From assembly GCA_001949185.1 (NCBI GenBank), contig BDGG01000019.1:64892-128891 (forward strand): a stretch of DNA of 64,000 bases, given 5' to 3'. Below are positions 1 to 13,653 of the stretch, piece by piece. Source of the DNA: Ramazzottius varieornatus (lineage: Eukaryota > Animalia > Tardigrada). Position 1 is the stretch's first letter; each line of letters opens with the position of its first letter. The position numbers and the translations under genes were made by a program. The notes under the pieces are model-generated. The model did not search any database. It worked only from the letters and a program-made list of their open reading frames with translations, and had not been told where the DNA came from.

Positions 1-694
1 CGTTGCACCGTACCACACGCCTTAACGTACTAAAAAAGCACAAAAGCAAGGCATCCGCTGCATAGCCAACAGTACCGGCGATCAGCTGATCGTTTTGTGA
101 TCAGTCAAAGAGGCAATCAAGAAACTTCACGTCATCGCGGCGCACTGTAGCGGTCAATGGACGATCACTTCCGAACCGTCCAGTTTATTCCAGGAAGGGA
201 ATGATGACGAGGTTTTCGGCTCAGACGATAGAGGAAACTCTTCTCTATCCACCTAGAATGTGGGTTTGAGCATCAGGGGCGGCGGATTGGAAAAATCCCC
301 TCGTTAGCATGGCAGTTTGGAAAATTTCAAATTTGAAATTTTCATTGTACAGATTGCGAGCGAAATCGCACTAGCACTATTCGATACGCACAAGAACATC
401 GTGACATCATATGTAAACATTGTGCGTCTCTTTTGACACAGAGCCTACGAGACGAACTTGTTCCTATGATATCACGATGTTCTTATGTGTATCAAATTCT
501 GCTAGTGCGCTCTCGCTCGCAATCTCTATATTCTGACTTAGTTCAAGTTTTGTTGGGTTTTCCTGCTCCTACTTCCCAGCGCCTTGCTTCGGCGCTATAC
601 GAATCGTCAGATCCAGGATATTAATATCTGGAAGCAAATCACGGATTATCCAAGAGCGAGACCAGGAAGCACCGTGTTGAGCCAACGAGCGAAG

Positions 695-1620
695 ATGTTG
701 CGATCTCTAACCAGCCGTAAGTAGTACCTGTCAAGTGTCAACCGGAAATGAACTTCAAGAAAATCTTTGTGGCAGTCGATCTTCGTCTCTCCTTGTTTGC
801 TCTCGATCTTAACAGACTTATCAAGTCGTTTCGTCTGTAGGCATTGGAAGCAGTCTTATTGGAACTGCAAAGCCGCCCTCGGTGCCGTGCACACTAATTG
901 CAACATCTCCCAAATTATGGACGAAGTGTCCCTCGTCCAGGATGTTGTCAGCGGGTTCACCTGCGCTCCCCATCGCTTGCTCATTGTTTGCTGCGTTGTC
1001 TCCTTCATCTAGCTGCGTTCTGAGGTAAGTAGAGAAACTTCCTGGGTTGGCTGAAAAATCGTGAAACAGTGGCAAGCCTGAATCGCAGTTACTTCCTTGA
1101 TTGATTTTCGGTTTGATTGGGACGTTTAAGTTGCTATGAGTCGCTTATCTCTGGGTTCCGCAGGACTTCAACGGCCGTGAAATCGCCCCTCCTCGTTCCT
1201 TCTCGGACCTTCATCAAGTTTGACGATAAAGAAGGGAGAAAGATCAGCGATCCAGACGTTTTAGAGCGATTCTACCGTCTCACTTGGGGTGGATGGATCA
1301 AGAAAAAGATGGGTTCGAACAAGCGAGTGTGGAAGATGTCGCATCGGAGGTACAGAAGGAAGGACCAGCACGTTCTTGTGAGTAAACGGTACTCGAAGAT
1401 GTTCGACCGTATGGTCACCCAGTACTACCGCCAGCCCACATACTTCATCAACGATCCCTATGAGCCCTATAACAAACGCCACGACTTGACCCATCCATAT
1501 TACGAGGACAAGAACGATGTCAGCCAACGAAAGATGTTCTTCCCTGAAATCAACCCTGCAGTCTTGGCGAAAAGGAAAGCTCTCGACGCTACACAACAGT
1601 TCTCACCCACTTATCTATGA
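695..1620 (+). CDS. MRPL35: Mitochondrial ribosomal protein L35 (bL35m), 3 exons (695-716, 841-1024, 1164-1620)
   Basis: GT-AG splicing joins MLRSLTSR-IGSSLIG... (Ser/Arg/Leu-rich, acid-free presequence) in frame to ...RTFIKFDDKEGRK...ERFYRLTWGGWIKKKMGSNKRVWKMSHRR...YFINDPYEPY, typical of metazoan mL35. Confidence 0.85.
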
Positions 1621-2061
1621 ATGCCTCTTTATACTTTGACTTTTCCAGCGCGTTATTGTGCAGACTTCGTGCTTTTATATCATGCAACAGAAGAAAATCG
1701 TCACTTTGTTTCAGTATTCGTGTGAAAATAATCGGTGAAGCGGTACAGCGTTACTTTGAACGGAGAACGTATTCTGCTTGCGTTAAAATACTTGGCACAG
1801 TAAAGCACATGTAGTCATCCTGTGGAAACTATAAAACAGGAAAAAGAAGGAAATAAAACACAAAAAAATTCTTCGGTGAGAACAGACTAGAAAAAGTTTC
1901 CCCTGTCCAACGTCTAGTAAAATCACCAAACAATAAAATTCTTTTTTTCCAACGAGTTTCAACCTAACGATATGATATCAGTAACAACTTTCTTTCGGAG
2001 GATAAAATTTGGCAAAATGAACGGAAGTCGTCGTGTCAGGTGACTCAGGTCCTCGGACAAA

Positions 2062-3388
2062 TCAGTCGCGATAGTTTTCGCAGAACTGATAGACGAGCCT
2101 TGTAGACTTCTTGGTCTTCTTCATTATCCCTTTACGGTAATACTGTCGAATAGATCGAGACAGTTTGTCGTAGTTCATGGCCGGACGCGACTTTCTCAAT
2201 CCCCAGAGCTTGGAAACTGCGCCGGAATCCACAATCCGGAAAATACCTGAAAGTGCAAAAATAAACTTTGTCGCTTTTATACCCATTGAACATTGTTATT
2301 AAAACTTTCCGAACCTTCTTCTTGTTTCACCCACTGAATTATCGCCTCATACTGGCGCATGCTTAACAGCTGCTTCAGAAATTCCCAAAGTTGGATCTGG
2401 CTGGTTTTGACCGTTGTTCGTTCACCATCGTCCTCACTTCTTCCGCCAGCTGACGTCCTGCCAGACCAAACATCGGCCAACTCTTCCACGGAGTAGGTTG
2501 AAACTGCAAAAATATTGCGTTCAGGACAGCTTCGTAAAAATTTTGGTTACCAGAACAAAGGAGAAAAACAGATGTCTTCATTCCAACAAACCAGGAAGCT
2601 CCTTTAGTTGATTGGTTTGATTCATCTGCACCACTTGATTCGACAAACAGATGATGGAATCGTGATGTCAAGTTATACGTTTTGACTAGGTAAGAGTAAT
2701 GTCATAATGTAGTGTACAGTTGATGACGTAGTGCGCGAATTAACACAGCCACGGGCCTACCATGAGTCTGACAGGAATGATGAGACAAAGATGATTCCAA
2801 CGGCGGCGTTCGAACTTGATAATCCGATCCATCCGAAAGGGAGTACATGGGTGATGGTGCAGCGTACTCCTGGACTGGCATCTCCAAAGGAAAGGCCGAA
2901 GGGTTCCAGTCCTGATGAGAAGTAAGGAACAACTGCCCATTGTCCAGCTGCTGCAAGTCGAAGGCGTCCATCGGCGTCCATACCATTCCTTGTTGATCTA
3001 GCAGCATACGTTCGTGTGGTTCGCCAAAGTACTGGTGGATGTCGTGAGTGAACTGCTCTCCAAACGGGACTTCGGGAATGCATGCCAAGGGGGAGGTGAA
3101 ATCCAAGACGGAGAAGTTCGGAACCGTGGGCTGGCTGGCAGCTGTGGAAAAGCCCAGCAGCTGGTTCAGGAGCGGTGTTTCCGTCTTGACGAAGGGAGCT
3201 GAGCTCTCTTGCGATATTTCGGGAGTGTTCGTCGTGGCAGAAGACGCTCCCATCCTGGGGCACAGCGAAGAAATGCTGGGCAAAGCTGACGCCTCCTTTG
3301 TAGGTTTCTTTTCTTCGGTCCAGTTCAGTGTCGAGTAGGAGATATCGCTGCCGTCAAACTCGATCAAACCTGGAACAAAATCAGCCAT
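2062..3388 (-). CDS. ETS-domain transcription factor, SPDEF/PDEF (ETS-4/Ets98B) subfamily; about 3 coding exons; no PNT domain seen
   Basis: C-terminal ETS domain split by an intron: IQLWEFLKQLL...IIQWVKQEEG|IFRIVDSGAVSKLWGLRKSRPAMNYDKLSRSIRQYYRKGIMKK...RLVYQFC. RPAMNYDKLSRSIRQYY is the SPDEF-type signature. N-terminal exon from ATG 3388 is acidic and Ser/Pro-rich. Confidence 0.85.
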
Positions 3389-3984
3389 GGTGGTGATGGG
3401 TGAAAAAAGAGAAACTGTCACTGATTTGTTGTTCTGCCGTGAAAAAAACAAACGTTCTTGCAGTTGACTGGAAATAAACATAAAAGAGGCCAGACAAGGT
3501 TTGAACAGCCCAGAAAATCAGTTCAGCTATTGGGAGCCGGAGAACAGGTGCCAAATGGACAATGAGCAAGATCGACCCTTTTATTTCGGACTTTTCCGAA
3601 GTCGTATCTTTAACTTTCAAACACGGATGTCGAGACTGTAATTACTCTGAATCGACGAGTTTTATAGCAAACATGACAAAAAATAGTGCGAAATCGAAAC
3701 AGTGCGCCCTTGTCCGTATTGTCTGACCTAAGACCTAAGTGTGGTCGCGAAGAGTTGTGAATTGTTATTCGTTCAAATAGTTCGAGAATTGCTCGAACTA
3801 GAAGTACTGCATAACAACTTATGTGCATGTAATCCAGAGAAAAACGAACACCAATCCTTGACAAAAGAAAAAAGAAACCAATGGAAGGGAGTAACAACTA
3901 CACGGCATAGACAGATGCCGATACAAACATCCTCTGAGATTCAGTTACTAGTTTTCAACAGGATCAACAAACAAAAAATGAAGA

Positions 3985-6900
3985 TTAGAGAGGTAATATC
4001 CTTTTTCGTCTTCTGGACTGTCCGTCACCGTTGATGGAACCGAGCTTGATGGCCACCGTTTCCGGTTCGCCATCGAACATCACATCTCTCTGAACTCTCC
4101 TGGTCCTTCCGTCGTCATCGTCGTCCAGCTGAGCGTTGTGAGAGTGCTTCTGTGGAACGATAACAAACGTTCGAATTCGTCTTCAAATAGCAGTTTTGTC
4201 ACCGAAGTGAGAGAACTCAAAGTGTGAAGTCATGAGGAACTGTCAGTTAGCTTTCATACCTTCCGTCTATAATGTTTGTGGCTCTTCCTGTGCCTCTTCA
4301 TACCATCGTCATCATCCATATCCAACTGTGGACGCGCTGCTATATGATTCTGCAGGAAAAAAACAGTGGGTCATCGAAAAATTTCATTGTCGAAGCCGGT
4401 AAAAAAAGCTTGATGAATGTGTAACTGGGAGCTGGGCAAACCAACTTGAGTGGCGCACGCTTCAAGCAAATATCAACGACAACGTGCGCCACTCGCGATG
4501 ACGTTTTCTATACGGTTCGTTTGCCGACCTTCCTTACTGTTGGGTTAGTTTGTCTTCCCCATCTCAAACGGACTGCTTGTGGCTACACCGAAGAGTGATC
4601 CATGGGTACAAAGGGTCACGGAGTGGCCACAAGCAGACCGTTACGCCCATCAGTTCCCCAGCCAGCACAGCCAAGGTCGCTAGCTGCCATCCCCACTCCG
4701 TGCCCCTCTCCCCCACGTCCTCCTTCTTGTCAGCCACCAAGCTTGTACTCTTTAGCCAACCTGTTTAATTTCTTTATCCAGGGAGTCCTCCTTTTCTTCT
4801 TCCTCCTCCTCATCCTTATCGTCATCCTCAGTGGCCATGTCGTTCTGTTCGACAACCTTCTCCTCTGCCTTGTCCTTATTCTTCTGTTCCTCTTCTTGTT
4901 TCTGTTCGCTCTCTCTCTTCTTGTCGGCTTGTACGACTGGCTGAACCTTCGCTAATGCCTCTTTCTGCGAAGGACCTTTCAAGTCCGCCGCCAGCTCGAT
5001 TTTCTTCTTGTCCTTTTTGTTATTTTGATTGTCTAATTTTATCTGATGTGTGTTACCGAACTCAAAGTTCTTCGCATTCGCGGTATGCTGACCACGCCTT
5101 CTTTTGTTCCTAGAAATCGCCGCTGAATTCAGGTTTATGTTCAGTGTGAGAATGTTTCGAATTTCTTCGTGGTGCTTGTGTTTTCTGTGTCTGTATTCGC
5201 GTGATATGTGATGTGGTTGAGAAGGGTGGTTTGGTAGTCGATGCGGATGCGGATGCGGAAGCGGATGCGCTCTTCTGTGGGTCGGGGGATGTGGGCGTCT
5301 TCTGTGCAACGAAAAAGGAGACGATCGGGTAGAAGAGTGGGAGAGGGAGTGGTGATGTGGTCTGTCGTGATGACCGTGGCCGCGACTTGGCTGAATGATG
5401 GCTTGGGTACCTGGAGGGAACAGCGGACCCAAGACAGCAACTTCCCTAATAAAGCTGATGTCTTCCTGAAAACGCGGCAAAAAATACGGAATAAAATGAA
5501 GTCAGTACAACCCTCCAGCGAAGGTTCAGTATATTAGGGACGCGGGCAAATGAACTGAACCAGATTGATTCCCAACTCGCGCAGGCTCTCACCTAATCAC
5601 AATAACAGCGTGCGCCACTCGAAAGAACGATGAGGCTAAATTCATTTGCTCCCGTCCCATTTATTTCCGATTATCTTTTCTCCACCAGTTTTTAGAGCCA
5701 ATAGTATTCTGATCATCTCACGCGAAACATTCATGAAAACAACTATTTTTTCCAAGTCTGATTCTAAAGTTTAACTAAAATATTTACCTACTGTAAATAT
5801 TCGCTGCATCCGCGCAGTACGTACTCGTACGTGACGATGCACCCCTGTAGGGGGTTACGCAATCCGTGGACCGGGACTGTACTTCACTTGTACGATGACG
5901 TGTTCCGCGGACGCAGCGAATATTTACACTAGGTATTTCCGTATTTTCAAGAGAGAAATTGACCACCAGAAACCCTGTTTCTTAATTATAATTATGTTGT
6001 AATTTTCTCCTGTTTATAATTTTCACAAAGATGTAAGTTCGTTCAGTTTGAGGATAAGTGCGTACCTGAACGTCGGCCGTGTCGGCGCTGTCCAGTTCGG
6101 CAAAGTCTCTCTGAAGCTTAGTGGTTTCCGGCGCTTTGGTTGTAGTGGTCTTTGGTCCCTTGGCCCTGAACGACGGCTTCGGTACTGGTTTGGATTTCTT
6201 CGTGGCTTTTACATTCCCTCCTCTGTAGTTAGGTCCAGCGGCAACTGGCAACTTCTTGTCTGCGCTGGTTACCGAGTGCGCTCCTCCTTTACGGTTGAGG
6301 TGCGCCCAAATGGCGTTCTCTTTCGCGGCCTTATCCCGCAGATTCTTCTCCTTCCTCGTCTACAAAAGACAGAACATTTGAGTGGATGCCAATAGGAAAT
6401 AGTCACTTGGCAGGCCGTGCGGACGAAAAATGACGTCAGTGCAGTGAATTGCGATTGAACACTGAGCGGTCCTGAGTTGTGAATAACGCAATGCATCTGG
6501 TTTCTACAGTGTACGACAAAATAAGCCGTTAAAAATGGGTGTTGGAGGGAGCAAGATGGACGAAGCCAATGAAATTTGCGCATGCAGCACACTTTGATTC
6601 TCATTGGCTGAGTCATAAGTAAGCTCCAGCTGCAGTATTACGCCCATTTTTAACGGTTAATTTTGTCGTACACTGTACTTTGTTATACCATTACGAGTTT
6701 CAACTGGTGATTTATGTCTGTCATCCGCTGTCCGTTCATACTCCGATCTCAACCACATATATCCAGATGCACAGTAGGGGTTCCCTTGTGGAACTAGTTG
6801 AAAACTGGAGCTCGGTTTGAGAGAGATGACCTCGAAAAGTCATGCGAGGAAATCAACAGCTGCTGTTCAGAACCAAAATCGACCGGCTAGAGTGGAGAAG

Positions 6901-9900
6901 ACGAAGCAGCAAAATGACTATGTTCTACTGGCATCGAGCTTCGCCCTTTGCGCTTTTGCCCTTAACGGCGTGCCAAGTGACTATCGGGATGGTATTGGTA
7001 AAGCATGCCTTACACAAAAATCAGCAAAAATAATCTCAATCCATACAGTACCAAGTCCAGCTACCGTACCGCATTCGGAATTCAGCTTCAGTTAAAAACA
7101 TTGTTCGGACGCTCGGCGCACGAACTTGACAGGGCTGTTGTCCTCAGCTGATTACACAGAGAGTGTGCGCCACTTAGACAAAACTGGCGACGAGTTCGCT
7201 CGCCTAGCTTCCATCTGCCAAAAAGCGCAAGATCTGCGACTAGAAAAGACTGAACGTCGATCTTCGGGTGTGGTTTCAGGAGAAAGTGCCGAATCATCGA
7301 GCCATTCTAAATTCATTACGTGTTATCCACAATGAACGTACCTCTTTTTTCTCGGCATCCTTCGGGTCCGCCGGTTGATCGTACAACCTAGCTTCTTTTT
7401 CTACCAAATCGTTCTGTTGTTCGGTCGCTTCCTCCTCCCCGTCATCATCGTCGTCAGCCATGGCCTCACCGTCGTCGTCGTCTTGGAACTGCTGGGACTG
7501 TTGACCATCGTCGTCATCTTGGAACTGCGCACCATCATCGTCGTCCTGAAACTGCTGTTCGCCGTCGTCGTCGTCGTCGTCCTGGAATTGCTCACTGCTT
7601 TCGATGTCCATCAGAGTTTCTCCGACGTCATCATCGTCCGTCAGGGTGTTACCGTCGTCGCTGTCATCAACCATCAGTTGCTCTTGCTCCCACACGGGCT
7701 TCTTCGTGGGGATAGAGGTTGTAGTGGTGGTCGAAGAAGTGGTCGTTGTGGTCGGGGAACCACCTAAAAACTCAGAGAAACTGACATGAGATCTTCTTCA
7801 AGTTTCTGCCACCTTTTTTCTGGAATCTCATCATATGAATTTTTAAACTCAAACTTAAAACTCAAAAAACTAATCTTGATGTTGGAAAATCTGGGAGCTC
7901 GCAAAAAAACTCGAGAAGACTGTTTTCCCAAGTGGCAGACGTTACTGGTGTTGTCGGCTAAGGACGTGCGCCACTTGGAAAAAACAGCTTGTCGAGTTTG
8001 TTGCCGAAATCCCGTCTACACTTCAAGCTTACCAGAGATACTGGACGAGTTGTTCACGACCGTTAAATTCTGTGACGTTTGTTGCCCGCCATTCTGTGGA
8101 AGAAAACTCGAATCAATCCGATCATATTCTAACACGAACAAAAACTCGAATGGTTCCACGTACCTTATTGAAGGCATAGTTGCTGTCACCGTCATCCTGG
8201 AACTGTTCTTGGTCGTTCTGGTAGCCCTCATCATCTAACAGTTCACCGCCATTGTCCATGACCACGTCGGCCCTGTCCTCGTCTTCGCTGATGGTCTGCA
8301 TAGCACCGTCCCCGTCATCCCCTTCCTGCAGCTGAACGTTATCTTCCTGGTTGCGCTTCTGTTCGGCGGTGCTATCGTCGTCATCGTCGAACTTTTGGGC
8401 CTGAGCACCGTCATCATCGTCCTGGAACTGCTTATCGGCCTGGTTTTTCGTCCCGTCATCATCGTCCTGGGTGAAAACAATTTTGGTGAAGGATAAAATT
8501 TCACGAACTTACGATCAAAGAAACTCTCACTGGAATTCATCATTTTTCAATTCAACTGGAAGCTCATCAGAAAAAAAAAACTCACCAAAATAGTATTTCG
8601 AGGTAAAGCATATTCTCAGTCCTGCTAGCAGAAAGCGTGCGCCACTTGGGACAGATCTTGTAAAAATCTATGTTGAATGAGCTTTATCTTCGAAAAGTTG
8701 AATTTTGACTCACTTGAAATTCTTGATCAGTATTCTCGCCATCATCGTCATCTTGAAACTGTTCCTTTTCCTCCCCATCATCATCATCGGCGTCAAACTG
8801 CAGACTCTCCGCCTTCTCTTCCTCCTCGTCTTCTTCACCTTCCATCTCACCATCGAATATCTGCCTCAGCAATTCCTGGTCCTGCTTGACCTGTGCGTTA
8901 TGACTGGCTTTCTGGCTAGCCGCTTCCTGTGCTGCTCTCTCCTGGTCCAGTCTATCCTTCACCTCCCGAATGCGTTTGAGTCTCTGGACGTTCGAGTCTT
9001 CCGTGTTACAATCGAAAGCGGAGGTGGGAAGAGCGGCATCTTCACGTTTCTGTCGAGTGGTACATGGCTTGGTTGGTTCTCGCTTCGTGCGGACTTTGCG
9101 GGATCGTGGAACGTTCGAGAACGCCGACCCATCCCCGTCGCTGAACTGGGCGTCGAGGAAGGACTTGTAGTCGGCCGAATGAAGTTCGGCTGACTGCGAG
9201 AGAAGTTGCTGGTCCGGAATGACGTGCTTGACTACTTTGTGCTACAGGGAAACAAAAAGCAACGTGAAATCACGTACCTGGGTACATCGACCCATGCAGC
9301 TTCCCTCATGTCGGTGTATGCAGGTTTACAAAATCAAAATGCAATCTACTTCACTCATCCTTCCACCGGAAAAATTTCCATCCCTCAATCAGGACAAGAT
9401 GTTTTCTTACGTTTTCGGGAAAAACGGTCAAATGTTGATCTCTGACGGACGACGGGTTCTTTTCATCGAAAGGCGTGAAAGTTTTTCCGTCATCGCTGAT
9501 CAACTGCCGTTCGCGTTTCAGCCGTTTCTAAAATACGACACAGCGGCGAGAAAAATTTGCGATTTGACTTCTCTCCTACGATATAAACAGGAGTAAAACA
9601 GGCTGAGCAAGACTTACCTGCAAGGTTTGATTCCCATCCGCAATCGCATTCTGCGGCGAACTCGAAGTCACGCTGCTAGCATCAGCCACTATCGGAGACG
9701 CTGTGGTTGAGCTCGCCGAAGCCGAAACGGTCGACGTGCTGCTGTTCTTTGTCTCCGTAGTGGCGTTGACGTCTCCGCCAGAATCTACAGCCGTCAGGTC
9801 GCCCACATCTTCCTCCGCGTCATCATACTCCTCTTCCTCTTCAGTTGTAGCAGAAGGATGTCTTATTGTCGTTATTTCTTCCGTCGTTTCTACAAGATCA

Positions 9901-11599
9901 GAACGGAACGCTGAATCATCTGGCCGAAGTATTGACACTAAACGATAAGGTCTTACGCGGTACTTCATCCCACATTCTCAGCATGTAAGGCACATGGTAA
10001 GCACTCAAGCCTCTGCTGTTTTCCGGACTATGTCCCTCCCTGAGCGGGAAGGGAATGGAAGACGGAATAAAAGACGGCATGGAAGAACCATAGAAAACAG
10101 TTCGAACATGATTGCGCGGTCGATCATCATCCTGGTCTTCCTCATTCTCGTTCTCTTCGTCCTCATGGTCATGTTCTTCCTCTTCGCGCACCTCCTGATA
10201 CACTTTCTGATGCTCACTTCCATGTTCATAATTTTCTTCATGCTCTTCGTGTTCTCCTTCGTCATCTTCCTCGTGGCTCTCTCCATGACCTTCCTCTTCA
10301 TGTTCTTCTTCCACTTCCAAGTGTTCACTTCCGGTAGATGCTCTCAGTCCTTGGTTACTTCGGGGGTTGAAAGTATGGGAGAAAGGGTAGGGAAGAGGCT
10401 GCTTTGGGATGGGGATTTGTTCAGAAAACAGGTGAGGAATGAGTTCCGGTGGAACACCCCGGTAGCGGTTACGGTTCGCCCACCGGTCTGGATGGTAGAT
10501 CGGCTCCGGTAGCGTTGGTTCCTCTGATAGTTGGTCCTCGGGAGAAGCCACAATCAGCACGACCTTCTGCTTACTAGTATGGTTATTCTTCTCCGATTCC
10601 ACCAACACGCTTTCTAAAAAGAAATTGCAGTCACGAACCGCATTGCAGGTATAGAGAACCATCAAATAAAAACCCCATTTCGCCTTTTTTCTACGCTAGT
10701 GCCAGTCAGATTTGTGCCAAGCACGGCCTTGTGATGTGTTTCGCAAGAAAAATGGTAAAAAAAACCCAGTATATAGACGCCCTGCATGGCACAGTCTTGC
10801 CCTGTTTTTGATCTTCTAGAAAAGGGCGGTAACTTGTCAGTGAAGAAAATAACGAACCTTCAAAGTCTCGTTGTGGAAACCGATGGAAGAAGCCGGCCAA
10901 GGCAGCTCTAACATTTTCTCTATAATCTTCGGAGTTTCCAATATGCATCCACGGCGGAAAATTCGGCCCGTAGCTCTCAGAGAGAACGGCTTCGTTCTTC
11001 GTCGGCACGAATGGTGGCTGAGAAGGTAAAAAAACGTCAGCAGTCGCACAGGGTAATTCATTCAAGGTTGCACTTACTGCATAATCATCTTCCTCTTCGT
11101 ACTCTACAGTAGCTGGACTGGGGATAGGTGGTGAATCGAGGAGCTCTTTGTAAATGTTCAGAGTCGCGGGCTTCGGCGGAATCGGATTGTGATATCGGGA
11201 TGGGATGATCGCCCTCTTTTCCGAAGGCACCTTCTTCGTGAACAGATTCTCCCGAATATACGATGCATTCATTTTCTTGTACGAAGACTCATCATCCTCC
11301 TTCGGTCTCCTACTATTCCTAAAAGGTATGTAGGAAATCTTGCCAGGTGAAGACTTGTTGAAGACTGTGCCGTTCGACAGCAGCACTAACGGCGACGAGT
11401 CTGTTCCGTTCCCGAGCGGAAGTACGTCCGTCTCGTTCCCGAAGACCGGAATCTCTGCTCCGTTCCCTACCGACGGTGAATCGGGACCTGTTTCACTCCA
11501 CTGCGTCAGATATCCCAAACCGTCATCTGATACACTGACACCGAGACATAACAAAAGAACCCATGAGGAAGGAATAAACGAGGCGCCGCCGGCAGTCAT
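3985..11599 (-). CDS. Large (~1,400 aa) secreted low-complexity orphan protein with Asp-rich QFQDDDDG repeats, His-rich tracts and multiple basic cleavage motifs; 10 exons
   Basis: Exons approx. 11599-10801, 10613-~9958, ~9920-9618, 9241-8714, 8466-8164, 7763-7342, 6359-6066, 5465-4761, 4349-4260, 4149-3985. Signal-peptide-like start MTAGGASFIPSSWVLLLCLGVSVS. Most junctions are phase-compatible. The 8164/7763 junction phase is unresolved and the ~9958/9920 intron is short or ambiguous. Ends ...SRRRKRILPL*. Confidence 0.7.
5791..5929. mobile_element. TA-flanked MITE (Tc1/mariner-pogo type) in an intron
   Basis: TA|CTGTAAATATTCGCTGCATCCGCG ... CGCGGACGCAGCGAATATTTACAC|TA: about 24-bp imperfect TIRs with a TA duplication. 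Confidence 0.75.
6507..6675. mobile_element. TA-flanked MITE, family A copy 1 (169 bp)
   Basis: TA|CAGTGTACGACAAAAT...ATTTTGTCGTACACTG|TA. A related copy at 44930-45099 shares the internal GCCAATGAAATTTGCGCATGC. Confidence 0.85.
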
Positions 11600-12290
11600 A
11601 TGGCAGCGATGGCGGAATTGTCGCTCAAAAAACAGTGGAACCCGTGTTGCTCCGAACAACACTTGTCTTATCTGTGAAAGATTCAGCAGGATTTAACAGG
11701 TGAGCTTAGAGAAATTCCCGACTAACGTACGGAGAATACGCCGTGATCATTCGGCCGGAAATGAGCAATCTTAACAGGATTTTCTTAACGGTTATACTTT
11801 TGTATAGGCAACAGTTGCACGCTGGGGATTCAGGCAACCATATCAGCAACGTATCTAAGGAAACAGCACCGGGGTAATTCCGGCGAAGTGATAGCCAAGT
11901 GTAGAAAAAAGCAGCTGGAGTCTGGAGATGCAACGATTCGGGAATTGGGAAAACAGGATCATCGTTGTGGTTTCCGGTGGCGTAATCGGCTGGTTCACTG
12001 GTGCGCACTTTAGGTGAGACCGCCCCTTTCTAAAACTGTGCGCGCGCGCACCATTCACCAGGCTTCCGCACCGTACATCCGTAATCGTTTCGTAGCGAAT
12101 CCACATGTGGTGCAGCCTCGCTTCATAAAAACCTCATCAATAAGACTTCACTTTTCTTGAAGACGTCACTTTTCTTGCGAATTTTTGGATCGTTCTCTTG
12201 CTCACCCACGCGGATTACTCCTATACTTCTAGACATCGCGGAAGAACCTGGGAAGGTTGAATCTGAACGTGAGTGGGAGAAGAAACGATT

Positions 12291-13246
12291 ATGGCTGCCA
12301 CTCGACGACTCACAAAGGTAAGGTTTACTCCACCCCGTCTAATCCGCAAGTGTTTCCAAGGACGAGATCCTTCACGTCTTACCGATCTTATGATGTCCTC
12401 CTTTGTTACAGGAACTGGCTGATATACAGTCAGCGTCTTCTAAGACGTTTCGGGAGATCAAGGCCGATGAGAGCAATATTCTTCAGTGGCAAGGACTTCT
12501 CGTGCCTGTAAAAGTTTTCATCCTTTTCATGATCTTTGACTTTTGACTTTAACCATAATCGTGTGCTGCTTATTCTAGGAAGCTGCTCCGTATAACAAGG
12601 GAGCTTTCCGTATTGAGATCAACTTTCCTGCAGAATACCCTTTCAAGCCTCCCAAGATAAACTTTCGTACCAAGATCTACCATCCTAATATCGACGAGAA
12701 GGGCCAAGTCTGCCTGCCTATCATTCAAGCTGACAACTGGAAGCCTGCCACTAAAACCGAACAAGGTAACGAACAGTCTTCTTTTTTAACAGAGCTCATT
12801 GTGTACGATTGAAACTGTTTAGATGGGCGAAGACTTCGAGCGGAAGTCTCCCAGAACGGGAAAGAATTGCTCGGTAGTTTTCGCGTTCAATCAACTGGTA
12901 GATTCATGTCAGAGCTACAGAATGGTGAGCCATTCTGTCAGTTTTCGTATGGTGGGTAGTGCAGAACCATCAGAAGTTTCGAGAAGCATGACTCACCAAA
13001 CTAGTAATGGGATGTGACGTCATCGTAGTGTTTTCCTTGCAGTGTGTTGTTTTCTTGCTTGAGCCAGCTTGACTAGTTCTTTCTGTTTTTACAGTTGTCC
13101 AGTCGCTTCTTGACCTCATCAGCGAGCCTGAACCTGAGCATCCTCTCCGAGCTGATCTCGCGGAAGAGTTTACAAAAGATAGGAAGAAATTCATGAAGAA
13201 TGCGGAGGATTTCACCAAGAAGTACTCAGAAAAGCGTCCCGAATGA
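12291..13246 (+). CDS. UBE2L3: Ubiquitin-conjugating enzyme E2 L3 (UbcH7/UBC-18), 4 exons (12291-12317, 12412-12507, 12579-12765, 13095-13246)
   Basis: MAATRRLTK|ELADI...[11 protein letters not shown]|[49 protein letters not shown]...[10 protein letters not shown]|V...[38 protein letters not shown]. Not recovered by the ORF track. Confidence 0.95.
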
Positions 13247-13653
13247 GGCAGGAACCCTTCCCGACGCTAGACTTTTTACTAGGGTGATATTGTGGATTCA
13301 GATTTCGTAACGTGAACGATGTTTTATAGCCCTTTTTACATTGGGCTTTTGTATATTATTTCGGCCTAATATTCACTCTTTTCCACGTCGATGTAGCTGA
13401 TTTTGTGCCTACGGAAGTATCGGATATACAGTAATCAGCACGTTTCTCCGATCTGGGGGAGTTACCTTCGTCGGTCCTGCGATGTTCGAACACTTTATGG
13501 GTATAAAGTTTTATTTCATACACTGTTCTGTGTGTCTGAGTTGTCTTAGCGGCCAACAGTCGAGTAAACAGATTAGACATTCCCTAATTTTTCTGCGCTG
13601 AAGACTTTCACGTCGGCTGTGAGCTCGGACCAAGGGCGTATTGAGGTCCTGAA

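Noticed and set aside
4602-10512. Very hydrophobic plus-strand ORFs (4602-4955, 7375-7767, 8705-9193, 9994-10512) resembling membrane proteins
   Set aside because: They are antisense shadows of the GAA/GAC/GAT-rich acidic exons of the minus-strand secreted gene.
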